A stretch of DNA of 46,367 nucleotides from the NCBI GenBank assembly GCA_040005715.1, contig JBDTYK010000001.1:1-46367 (forward strand), in the 5' to 3' direction. Positions 20,880 through 29,600 of this stretch are shown one piece after another. Position 1 is the first letter of the stretch. Each line of letters begins with the position of its first letter. The position numbers and the translations under genes are program-made. Under the pieces are notes generated by a model. It was not told the DNA's origin and did no database searches. It saw only the letters and a list, made by a program, of their open reading frames with translations. This stretch comes from Actinomycetota bacterium (GTDB taxonomy: Bacteria > Actinomycetota > Actinomycetes > Actinomycetales > Dermatophilaceae).

Positions 20880-21629
20880 TCAGGAGGCCCTCTTGAGGAC
20901 GTAACCGACGCCACGCACGGTGTGGATGAGCGGCTCGTGACCCGCGTCGACCTTCTTGCGCAGGTAGCTGATGTACAGCTCGACGACGTGGGCCTGCCCG
21001 CCGAAGTCATAGTTCCAGACCCGGTCCAGGATCTGTGCCTTGCTCAGCACCCGGCGCGGGTTTCGCATGAGGAAGCGCAGCAGCTCGAACTCGGTGGCGG
21101 TCAGGTCGACCAGCGACCCGGCCCGGTGCACCTCGCGTGCCTCCTCGTCCATGGTCAGGTCCGCGAGGATGAGCAGGGTGTCCTCATTGTTGTGGCTCAT
21201 CCCCGCCCGCCGGAGCATTCCGCGGAGGCGAGCAAGCACCTCCTCGAGGCTGAACGGCTTGCTGACGTAGTCGTCTCCGCCCGCAGTGATTCCGGCGATC
21301 CGATCCTCGACGGAGTCGCGGGCGGTGAGAAAGAGCACACCGACCCGGGGGTTGTCCGCGCGCAGGCGGCGCATCACCTCCAGCCCGTCGAAGTCGGGCA
21401 GCATCATGTCGAGCACGACCGCGTCAGGCCGGAACTCACGACCTGCACGAACGGCACCCATCCCCGTACCTGCGCTTCGCACGTCCCAGCCCTCATGCCG
21501 GAGGACGCTCGACAGGACCTCGGCAAGGTTCGGCTCGTCATCAACGACCAGAACCCGAACGGGCGTGCCGTCAGGGCGGACCAGGTCCGTGGACCCGTTA
21601 CTGCTCTCTCGCTCGGTCATCACGCTCAT
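20880..21629 (-). CDS. OmpR-family response regulator
   Basis: Uses the internal ATG (MSVMTERESS; alternative ATG at 21620) of ORF 20880..21737. Receiver VLVVDDEPNL...VVLDMMLPDFDG and a winged-helix C-terminus (TVRGVGYVL). Confidence 0.88.
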   Translation of the reverse strand: MSVMTERESSNGSTDLVRPDGTPVRVLVVDDEPNLAEVLSSVLRHEGWDVRSAGTGMGAVRAGREFRPDAVVLDMMLPDFDGLEVMRRLRADNPRVGVLFLTARDSVEDRIAGITAGGDDYVSKPFSLEEVLARLRGMLRRAGMSHNNEDTLLILADLTMDEEAREVHRAGSLVDLTATEFELLRFLMRNPRRVLSKAQILDRVWNYDFGGQAHVVELYISYLRKKVDAGHEPLIHTVRGVGYVLKRAS

Positions 21630-21708
21630 TCTTTGAGGTTGGACGCCTGGGCTCAGGAATTCCTGGGTGTTTCCTCTGAGGTTCCTCTGAGGGGCGACCC
21701 GGAGCAAG

Positions 21709-21912
21709 TCAGGTGTCACGGACGAGCATGAGGGCAAGGGCCGGGCAGTCAGTCACGGCCCGGCGCGCCAGCTTGCGGAGGTCACCCGGGACCGGCTCGC
21801 CGGAGAGCACGGGATAGCCCCACTCATCGAGGGTCACCAGCTCGGGGAGCAGCTCAGCGCACAGGCCGTGCCCAGAGCAGAGGATCGGGTTCACGCGAAG
21901 TCTCTCGCTCAT
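21709..21912 (-). CDS. small ferredoxin (single [3Fe/4Fe-4S] cluster type)
   Basis: 67 aa. CSGHGLC...DCP cysteine pattern typical of actinobacterial ferredoxins. The start lies 3 nt after the upstream stop. Confidence 0.8.
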   Translation of the reverse strand: MSERLRVNPILCSGHGLCAELLPELVTLDEWGYPVLSGEPVPGDLRKLARRAVTDCPALALMLVRDT

Positions 21913-21915
21913 CGG

Positions 21916-23220
21916 TCAGCTCCAGTCTTCCTCGTATGCCGGTGAGCCGGCCGGGATGGGCAGGAACGGCATATCCGTGGTTGCGCTGCATCCGCCGGCT
22001 TCGTGGATGGCGATCTCGTCGGCGAAGGTGGTCAAGGCACTGCGCAGGAATCGCACGGTGCCGTCGGGGTGATGACAGGCCCCCCGGCGCTCGACAAGCG
22101 TGGACCAGCGCTGAAGATCCTCCCGGGCCGATGGCACTGTCCCGGGGTGTGCAAGCCGGGTCAAGGTGGCCGCGATACGGGGAAGGCCGTTGAGGCAGGG
22201 GCCGCACTGCCCGGCCGACTCCTGGGCAAGGTACTGGACGACACGGGCCGACTCGACGATGCCGCAACGGCTGGGGGGCAGTGCCGCCAGCACTCCGGCG
22301 CCAACCGCGGCACCCACTGGGCGCAGGTCGGCGTTGCACAGGCGCAGGTGCATGGCCTTCTCGGGGGACAGCCAGGCTCCGTGGTAGCCGCCGACGAGGA
22401 CCGCCTGCGCCGGGTGCTCAGCGAGGCTGAGCAGCTGTGCGACGGGGGTGCCGATCGCGGTTTCCGAGACGCCCCCGCTGCCGTTGGCCAGCCGGACGGT
22501 GGTCAGCATGCTGCCAGGTTCCGCGTCCGTGCCAACCGATCGGAACCATCCAGGGCCGTATCGCGCGATCAGAGCCACGTGGGCGAGGGTCTCGACATTC
22601 TGAACCAGGGTTGGCGCCCCGTTGACTCCGCGCTCGAAGATGCGCGGTGGCGTGAAGCGGGGAAGGGCAGAGCCGCCCTCCACCCGGCTGGCCAGCGCTG
22701 ACTCCTCGCCAGCGAGGAATCGGGGCGGGGCGGGGACGAGGCCGACCGCGATGCGATCGAGGCCGGCCCTCTTGCGATCCTCGAGCGCCCCCGCAAGGTG
22801 CTCGAGGAGCCTCGGTTCGCGGTGGACATAGAGATGCACTTTGCCGGCGCCAACTGCCTCGGCCGCAAGCTGGAGCCCGTCCAGAACCAGATGCGGGGAC
22901 GACCACAGCAGTGCCTTGTCCTTGTCGCTCGCCGGCTCGCCCTCGGCACCATTGGCCACCACGACCGCCGTGCCCTTCTGACCGGCCACCGCGGCGAGCT
23001 TCCGGTGGGTGGGAAACGCAGCGCCGCCGCGACCAGTGAGTCCGGCGGACTCGATCGTGTGCATGAGCAGGCCGGGGCCGCCACGGTAGGGCGTTGGGCC
23101 ATGGGCCTGCAGATGCGACGCGAGTGCCATCGGCTGGCCAGAGCTGGGTAGAGCTCGGGGGAGGGATGCAGCCTCGGTGCGCGGATCGCCGACGGCTACT
23201 TCACGCACTGATGTGGTCAT
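21916..23220 (-). CDS. NuoF-like flavo-iron-sulfur protein (NADH dehydrogenase 51-kDa-subunit family, stand-alone)
   Basis: Uses the internal ATG at 23220 (MTTSVREVAV) of ORF 21916..23583, in an ATGA overlap with the upstream gene. Contains GLTGRGGAAFP and ANGAEGEP motifs and a SAGQCGPCLNG...GACHHPDG cysteine region. Confidence 0.8.
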   Translation of the reverse strand: MTTSVREVAVGDPRTEAASLPRALPSSGQPMALASHLQAHGPTPYRGGPGLLMHTIESAGLTGRGGAAFPTHRKLAAVAGQKGTAVVVANGAEGEPASDKDKALLWSSPHLVLDGLQLAAEAVGAGKVHLYVHREPRLLEHLAGALEDRKRAGLDRIAVGLVPAPPRFLAGEESALASRVEGGSALPRFTPPRIFERGVNGAPTLVQNVETLAHVALIARYGPGWFRSVGTDAEPGSMLTTVRLANGSGGVSETAIGTPVAQLLSLAEHPAQAVLVGGYHGAWLSPEKAMHLRLCNADLRPVGAAVGAGVLAALPPSRCGIVESARVVQYLAQESAGQCGPCLNGLPRIAATLTRLAHPGTVPSAREDLQRWSTLVERRGACHHPDGTVRFLRSALTTFADEIAIHEAGGCSATTDMPFLPIPAGSPAYEEDWS

Positions 23221-23816
23221 CGGAGGCTCCTTGTCGTCTGTGCGCGAAAGAGCTGCAGGGGTACGCGGTGGGGTCGCGGCACCGAGGTGGAGGCGTCGAC
23301 GACCCGGTATCCGATAGCGGTGACCACAACGAACACCGAAGCCATCGTGACGGCGAGCAACCAGCCCGATCGCAGGTCCTTGCTCGCACCCAAGCTGTGG
23401 GCGACGGCAACCGGGTAGGAGGCGTAGGAGAGCCAGTGCACAGCGCGCCAGATGGACGGACGCAGCCGCCCTCGCAGGAGGCTGGTGAGGATGACTGCGG
23501 CCGCCAGGTCGATGGCCACCGTGCCCAGGCCGATCCAGAACCGTTCGTAGTCGGATGTGAACGGCACGACGGTGGAGAGCCATGGGATGTGTACGTAGCC
23601 GTCCGCGATCGCTGCGGCGATGTGGATGCCGAGGAAGGCGACCGTGAGCAGCGACAAGCTGCGGTGCAGCCCTGTCACCGCGAAGCGGGGCAGTCCCGGA
23701 AGGTGGCCCTGTCTGTTGACCACAATGCCCAGGACGGCCACCAGCGAGAGCATGATCAACGAGACCACGCCCGTGGCTCGGCTGGCGTACCAGAGTGCGG
23801 TGCCAGAGATCATCAT
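23217..23816 (-). CDS. ferric-reductase-like (YedZ/MsrQ-type) transmembrane heme-binding domain protein
   Basis: 199 aa with about 5-6 TM segments. Four membrane-embedded His (GLHRS, LGIHIA, RAVHWL, VAVAHS). ATGA overlaps at both ends. Confidence 0.72.
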   Translation of the reverse strand: MMISGTALWYASRATGVVSLIMLSLVAVLGIVVNRQGHLPGLPRFAVTGLHRSLSLLTVAFLGIHIAAAIADGYVHIPWLSTVVPFTSDYERFWIGLGTVAIDLAAAVILTSLLRGRLRPSIWRAVHWLSYASYPVAVAHSLGASKDLRSGWLLAVTMASVFVVVTAIGYRVVDASTSVPRPHRVPLQLFRAQTTRSLR

Positions 23817-24781
23817 GAGGCGTCCTTCGGCCAGCCGGCGCTCGTGGTCACGGAGCCGTCAACGGCCACCAGTCGGGCAGGCATCCCAAGCTGTGCCAGC
23901 CAACCCACGGCGGCCCCGCCGCGAATGATGGCGGCGGTGCTGGCAATATTGGCATCCAGCGCTGAACCTGCGGCGACCGAGACCGTTCGCCAGTCACTGT
24001 CGGCAGGGTGGCCGGTTCGAGGGTCGAGGATGTGATGCAAGAAGTCGCCACCACGCTGCCACCTGCGGGCGCTGGTGCTGGAGGTCGCGAGGCCACCTGC
24101 GCGGATGGCGATGACGCCGGCGGGTCCTTGCGCGGGCAGGAGCGGATCCGTGGTGAGGTCCTGGACCCGTATCGGCCATCCCTGCAATGGGGGGTCGCCG
24201 GCGACCGCAATGTCGCCGCCCAGACTCACAAGTACGCCGCAGCCAACGGCTCGCGTGATTCGCTCGGCTGACTGGTCGGCCGCCCAAGCCTTTGCCGTCG
24301 CTCCAAGGTCGAGCCGTACGCCGGCTGGCACCCTGATCAGGCCAGCTGCCTCGTCCAGCTCGATCTGCCGCCATCTCGGGACGTGCCGGACCGTGACCCG
24401 TAGCGCGCCACCTTGGGATGGGACCGAACCGAAGTCGCGGTCATACCCGATGGCCTCCATGGCTCGGCCAAGCGTCGGATCCAGGTCACCGCCGGTGATT
24501 CGTGCCCCGCGCAGCGCGGCCAGGATCGCCCCGGCCAGGAGCGGGCTGATCCTCGTCTGCTGCCCGGCGCTCGCCTCCAGCCGGATCACTTCGGAGTCGG
24601 CCCGGAAGCGGCTGCACGCCTGGTCGAGGTTGGCCAGGTCATCGGCGAGCATGACCCTGGCCGAGCCGAGCTTGGTCGCGTCGGTGACCACGATGCGGAC
24701 AGTGGTGCCGATCGCATGCCAGTCGCTCGAGGCGAGGCCCTCTGAGGTTGGCCGCGACCGTGTCGTGGTGATGCTCATCAC
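23813..24781 (-). CDS. apbE: FAD:protein FMN transferase (ApbE family), no signal peptide or lipobox seen
   Basis: 322 aa. ApbE-type blocks (AIGTTVRIVV, LDLGATAKAWAAD, HHILDPRTGHPA). Its start overlaps the upstream stop. Confidence 0.85.
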   Translation of the reverse strand: MMSITTTRSRPTSEGLASSDWHAIGTTVRIVVTDATKLGSARVMLADDLANLDQACSRFRADSEVIRLEASAGQQTRISPLLAGAILAALRGARITGGDLDPTLGRAMEAIGYDRDFGSVPSQGGALRVTVRHVPRWRQIELDEAAGLIRVPAGVRLDLGATAKAWAADQSAERITRAVGCGVLVSLGGDIAVAGDPPLQGWPIRVQDLTTDPLLPAQGPAGVIAIRAGGLATSSTSARRWQRGGDFLHHILDPRTGHPADSDWRTVSVAAGSALDANIASTAAIIRGGAAVGWLAQLGMPARLVAVDGSVTTSAGWPKDAS

Positions 24782-25161
24782 GACGCCCCTGACGTGGCGA
24801 CTGGCGGGTTGTTTGTGGTGCTCGGGGCAGTTCCGGACTGAAGCTGGGGCTGCGCCTGGGTGTGGGTTTGCGCCTGGGCCCGGGTTTGGGGCTGCGACTG
24901 GGCTGTCGAGCCGGAGTCGTCACTGCCGGAGCTACCCGCGGTCTGGCCGTCGTCGTTGGTGGTCGTCGAGCCGGATGTCTGGTTTGCAGTGCTGGCGCCG
25001 CTCGACCCGCTGGCGGTGGTGGAAGCCGGGAAGCTACCTGCGATTGCCACCGCGCCGAGAAGGCCCGCGGCGCCGGCCCCGAGAGTCAGGGAGGTGACCC
25101 GCGCGAGCCCCTTGTTGCGCTGGAGCTGTCGATCAGAACCTGTGGTGGGTGAGTTGTTCAC
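24778..25161 (-). CDS. small membrane-anchored low-complexity (S/T/G/A/Q-rich) protein, first gene of the redox operon
   Basis: 127 aa, GTG start with GGAG 7 nt upstream. One hydrophobic segment (VTSLTLGAGAAGLLGAVAIAG). GC-rich third positions. The stop overlaps the apbE start. Confidence 0.55.
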   Translation of the reverse strand: MNNSPTTGSDRQLQRNKGLARVTSLTLGAGAAGLLGAVAIAGSFPASTTASGSSGASTANQTSGSTTTNDDGQTAGSSGSDDSGSTAQSQPQTRAQAQTHTQAQPQLQSGTAPSTTNNPPVATSGAS

Positions 25162-25411
25162 GTCGTGCTCCGATCCCGCACAGAGTGTGCGCCAAGGGGG
25201 CTGCAGCGGTGGTGGTTCATGCGTTCACCATCCGCCCCTTGCCTGTGCGGGATGTGGGTGCTTCCTCTGAATTGCCTCTGTGAACCGGCCCTGTCCAGGT
25301 CCCAAGCCCAGAGCAGTTCGCCACACAACCCATACGGAGTTCCCAGTCTTGGTCGGCAACGTCTGCTTCATGAACCTGCCTTTTCGACAGGGGACGACAA
25401 AGGAGAGACAC

Positions 25412-25906
25412 ATGTTTGACGACAAGACGAGCTCAGCGAACAAGCACAGCAGGACACTGGTGGGAGCCGCCGGCCTGCTGCTGGCGGGTGGACTTGCCGG
25501 CGGCGCACTTGCGGCCACCAGCTCAGCCTCGGCAGCGGACTCGACGACGGCAGCGGCTGCGCCGGCAGCGGCGGCGGCGCCAGGCGTCTCATCGCCTGGG
25601 CGTCCGGCCGACACCTCCACGCCAGTTCGCGCGGGGGAGAAGGCGTTGACCGGAGCGGACTTGGCGACTGCCGAGGCAGCCGCACTCAAGGCGGTACCCG
25701 GCGGAACCGCCTTCCGGATCGAGACCGATGCAGATGCAGATGGTGCAACCTACGAGGCCCACATGACAAAGGCGGACGGCACGCATGTCACGGTGAAGCT
25801 CGACAAGAGCTTCACCGTGACGGCGATCCAGGATGGGATGGGCGCAGGTGGCCCGGGCAGGCCCGCCGGTGGACCGGCGTCAAGCCCGAGCGGAGCAGGT
25901 ATCTGA
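25412..25906 (+). CDS. secreted PepSY-domain protein
   Basis: Uses the internal ATG (MFDDKTSS) of ORF 25280..25906, with AGGAGA 6 nt upstream. Signal-like LLLAGGLAGGALAATSSASA and a PepSY-like core (AEAAALKAVPGGTAFRIETDADADGATYEAHMTKADGTHVTVKLD). Confidence 0.8.
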   Translation: MFDDKTSSANKHSRTLVGAAGLLLAGGLAGGALAATSSASAADSTTAAAAPAAAAAPGVSSPGRPADTSTPVRAGEKALTGADLATAEAAALKAVPGGTAFRIETDADADGATYEAHMTKADGTHVTVKLDKSFTVTAIQDGMGAGGPGRPAGGPASSPSGAGI

Positions 25907-26030
25907 CCGGCCGCCGGCCCGGCGTCAAGCCCGGGCGGAGCAGGTATCCGACCGGCCGCCGGCCCGGCTTCGAGCCCGGGCGGAGCAGGTATCCGACCGG
26001 CCGCCGGACCGGTTCAAAGCCGGGAGCGGG
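25874..26030. repeat. 45-bp tandem repeat: three full copies and a degenerate fourth, spanning the PepSY stop codon
   Basis: Copies at 25874-25918, 25919-25963 and 25964-26008 differ by 2-3 nt (ccggcgtcaagcccgRgcggagcaggtatcYgaccggccgccggc). The period is 15 codons. Confidence 0.9.
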
Positions 26031-26049
26031 CCCTGCCTCAACGATCAAG

Positions 26050-26082
26050 CGGCCGCGCACAGGGGTTCCCTGCGCGCGGCCG
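26050..26082. terminator. GC-rich hairpin between convergent genes (candidate bidirectional terminator, no U-tract)
   Basis: cggccgcgcacaggg / gtt / ccctgcgcgcggccg: 14 of 15 positions pair. Lies between the PepSY gene (+) and the DUF1003 gene (-). Confidence 0.45.
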
Positions 26083-26200
26083 TTCGACATGGGTTACCAG
26101 GGGACCGGCGCTCCTTCCTCTGGCGCGCTGGGCCAAACGGCAGGCGGCCGCAGGCCCTGAGCAGGGAACGCTCACGCCTCAGACCTCAGACCTCAGGTGG

Positions 26201-26665
26201 TCAGGAGGATGACTCGCTGGTCGCCGTGAGGGGGGTGGTCGTGGGGGAGACGCCGTCCGAAGGCGCGATGAGCTGCGCGTGGATCTCGGTGGTGAGCTGG
26301 TGGATGACCCTGGTCAGATCCGTGTTGACGTGCAGCTCCTGCTCGCCCTCGACGAAGTCGTGGTCGGCTTTGGCCTGCTGGAAGGCGGCCTGCCTGTTCT
26401 GCCCGATCATGACAAAGGTCGACAGGAAGATCGCCTCGAGCGAGACGATCAGGGTCAGGGTTGGCCATGGGCTCTTCTCAAAGACGAGCATCCACAGCGC
26501 GAAGACGCCGGCATGCAGGTACACGAATTTCATCGAGCCCGCGAACCCCGTGATCTTGTCGGCAACGCGGAGCTGAACCTTGGCGGACCTGCGTTCCGCC
26601 TCAGCCAGCAAGGCCGGGTGACCTGGCTTGTGGCGCTGGGTGGTGGTCATCCTCGAGCTCCTCAC
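26201..26665 (-). CDS. DUF1003-family membrane protein
   Basis: 154 aa. Two TM segments and the IGQNRQA motif typical of DUF1003. The GTG start overlaps the carboxylase stop by 1 nt; an alternative ATG is at 26650. Confidence 0.75.
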   Translation of the reverse strand: MRSSRMTTTQRHKPGHPALLAEAERRSAKVQLRVADKITGFAGSMKFVYLHAGVFALWMLVFEKSPWPTLTLIVSLEAIFLSTFVMIGQNRQAAFQQAKADHDFVEGEQELHVNTDLTRVIHQLTTEIHAQLIAPSDGVSPTTTPLTATSESSS

Positions 26666-29600
26666 TACATAGCTCCGTGGTCGATGGCAGCGATGAGCTG
26701 CGGACGCAGCTCGGCCGCCCGGATGACGGCGTCGACCGAGCCGACCTTCACAGCCCTTTCGATGCTGTGGATCCCGTCGAACTCCGCGGCGACCTCTCCG
26801 AGCTTCTCGGACCTGATGCTTGACCGCAGCTGGGTCAGATCTGTGACCAAGGACGCCCGCTGAGCGCCAACCGCGCTGGACACCTGAGCCTCCAGGTCAG
26901 CGACCCGCACGTCGGAGGAGGTGCGTGAGTCCACCTCTCCCGCGAAGACCACAGCTGCAGCAGGTGCACCACCGATGACCGAGGCGAACGAGCCTTCAAC
27001 GGCCAGCACGGTCATCGAGGCGTTGAGCGCCTTGGAGAAGACCACGAAGGCGCCACCGTGGTATCGCGAGACAACGCAGAACACGATCGGCCCAGCGAAG
27101 TTCACGATGGCCCGACCGATCTCGGCGCCGTACTCCAGCTGCAGGTGCCGCATCGAGTCCGGCGAGCCATCGAAGCCCGACAGGTTGGCCAAGACCACCA
27201 CCGGCCGGTTCCCGCTCGCAGCGTTGATCGCTCGGGCGGTCTTCTTCGACGAGCCGGGGAACAGCGTCCCCGCCGTCCAGGTGTCGGGGCCGTCACTTGG
27301 CGGGAACCCCGGCCGCGGCTGGGGCCTGGACTCGATCCCGATCAACGACACCGGCCAGCCGCCGAGGTGGGCGTCGAAGATGACGGAGGTCTCGCCGCCA
27401 GCCATGCCTGCCCACCGCTCGAGCACCTCGTGGTCCTGATCGGCGACCGCATGCATCAGCGTGCGGATGTCGAATGGCTTCTTTCGGTCGGGGTTGGTGA
27501 TCAGGGAAAAGATCTCGCCGACCGTCCGGAACTCACTATCGGCCACGTGGTGCGGGTAGAGGCATACATCGCGATCCAGGGGGTCGCTGGTCGCGGCCCG
27601 TCTGGGCCCAACCTCGCCGGGTACGACATAGGTGTGGTCGTAGTGAGCCAGCAGCACTTCGCATGCTCCGGCGAGGTCCGGGGCCCAGTACTGCGCCTGA
27701 CCGTTCGGGCCCATGACGCGGTCATAGCCGCCGATGCCGAAGTTGTCCTCTGCCGAGACGCCACCGGAGAAGTCGAGTGACTGCTTCCCGGTCAGCACCA
27801 TGGCGCTGTCCGGCGTCATCACGAGGATCCCCTTGGCGTGCATCAGCATCGTGGCCTCGGCGTTCCAGTACGGCTGGGCCCCGACGTTGATGCCGGCCAC
27901 GACGATGTTGATCTCGCCGCCCTCCTGGGTGAAGGTCACAATGCGGCGCAGCGCTTTGGCCACCCAGTCCATGTTCTCGGTGCCCGAGTCCATGGAGATG
28001 CGCGCACCAGCCGAGAGTGCGAACCACTCGAGCGGTACGCCGAGCTGCTGAGCCAGATCGAGAGCAGCGATCACCCTGGCGCACTCGGCCTCGGCCACGG
28101 CACCCAGCGCTCGGGTGGGGTCACCCAGGAGGACAACCCTGGTGACCCCCTCGGGATGGCGGACGGTCAGCGTCTGTGCCACTCCGACCACAAGCCCTGC
28201 GCGGTTTCCTCCGGCGGGACGCTGAACGGGCACAAGCACTCCGGCGTCGTCCAAGTCGTGCTCGACGAAGCTTCCGTAGGGCCCACTGATCAGCCTCACC
28301 AGCTCGTACGGGTAGACCGTGCCGCGTCGCCGCGAGCGCAGCACCTTCTGTGCATAGTCGTCCAGGGGCCGCAGCCGATCGGTCGGTGGCCCGGTGACGG
28401 CGGTGACGACGCCTGCTCCCGGCTGGTAGGAGAATCGAACGGCCGCGTCATGGACTCGCCCGTCCGGCGCGGCGATCCGGCCCTGGGCGAGCACTTCCTC
28501 GACACCAGCGCCCGACGTCAGGGGCGCGATGGTGCGTTGCAACGCTGTGAGCTCGTCGAGGGGCGCGGCGATCACGGGCCAGATGTGAAGGAAGACGTGG
28601 TTCATATCCAGCTTCGCCCCTGCCGCTCCGCGAGCACCACGCTCGCGCCTGATCGCCTCAAGGCAGCTCGCGACGGCGCGCTCCGCGTGAGGCAACGAGG
28701 TGACGTGTCCCTCGGCGTCCCGGACGATGGCCAGCTCACGAATCTGAGCGAGGGCCACGAGTCGCTGGTCGGCCGCGTTGCCCGGAGCGACACAGTGGTA
28801 GAGCAGCACGTCCTCGGGCGCATCCAGTCGCGTGATGTCGAAGTCGCGTAGCCGCCACAGGTTGAGGCGGCGGCCAACCATCGGGTGCATGCCGCGGACC
28901 AGGTTGTCCTCGACCACGCCCTCAGGACCGGGGCGGAAGGTGAAGTACGACACCGGACGGTCCCCGCCCGGACACACGGCAACCGCCGTGCGGCGCACCT
29001 GTGCGGCGAAGGGAAGGGTCCTCAGCACCTTCTGCAGGGCGTCCGAGGTCTCGGTCACCGAGTCCGGGGCGCTGGACCAGGACAGATACAGGTCCAGGAC
29101 GACCTCGTTGTGGTCGGCCGGCCCAGCCGCCAGCTGGGTGCCGATCGCGGCCACCAGTTCGGACCCAGGGTCAAGCTCCGACCACTTGGCGATGGTCGTG
29201 ACCAGATGCCTCGGGCGTTCGTCAAGGGTGTAGTCCGCAACGACGAACGGCCGCCGTGCCGCAATCAGCTGACGAAGGTCGTGCAGCTCGTGCCCGCGGT
29301 AGTGCCGGCGGACCAGCACCTCGAGCATCGGCTCCCGCTCGGGCAGGTCGCCCTCGATCCGCTTGGCAAGAAACCGGACGATCTGCTCTGGGATGGCGGC
29401 GAGCACGTCAAGGCGGGTGCCATAGTCAGCGGAGTCCGGATGCCCGGACAGGTACGTGAGCTCGGCCCCGACACCGGCCAGCACGGCGTGGCGCTCCGCG
29501 TCGACCACGGGCTGGTCGAACCAGCGAAAGCGCGCGCTGCGAGCCAGGTCGCCCACCAACGGGTAGCGCAGCTGGGTAGCCCGAACCAGGCGGTCCAGGA

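Noticed and set aside
25700-25760. DADGAT in the PepSY protein as a possible ApbE flavinylation site.
   Set aside because: It has Asp where the motif needs Ser/Thr before Gly-Ala-Thr. It also lies in the normal acidic turn of the PepSY fold (e.g. D.G..YE), so it is most likely coincidental.
25874-26030. Considered the 45-bp repeats as a CRISPR array.
   Set aside because: The copies are directly adjacent with no spacers, no cas genes are present, and the units are in frame with a coding sequence. This is a plain tandem repeat.
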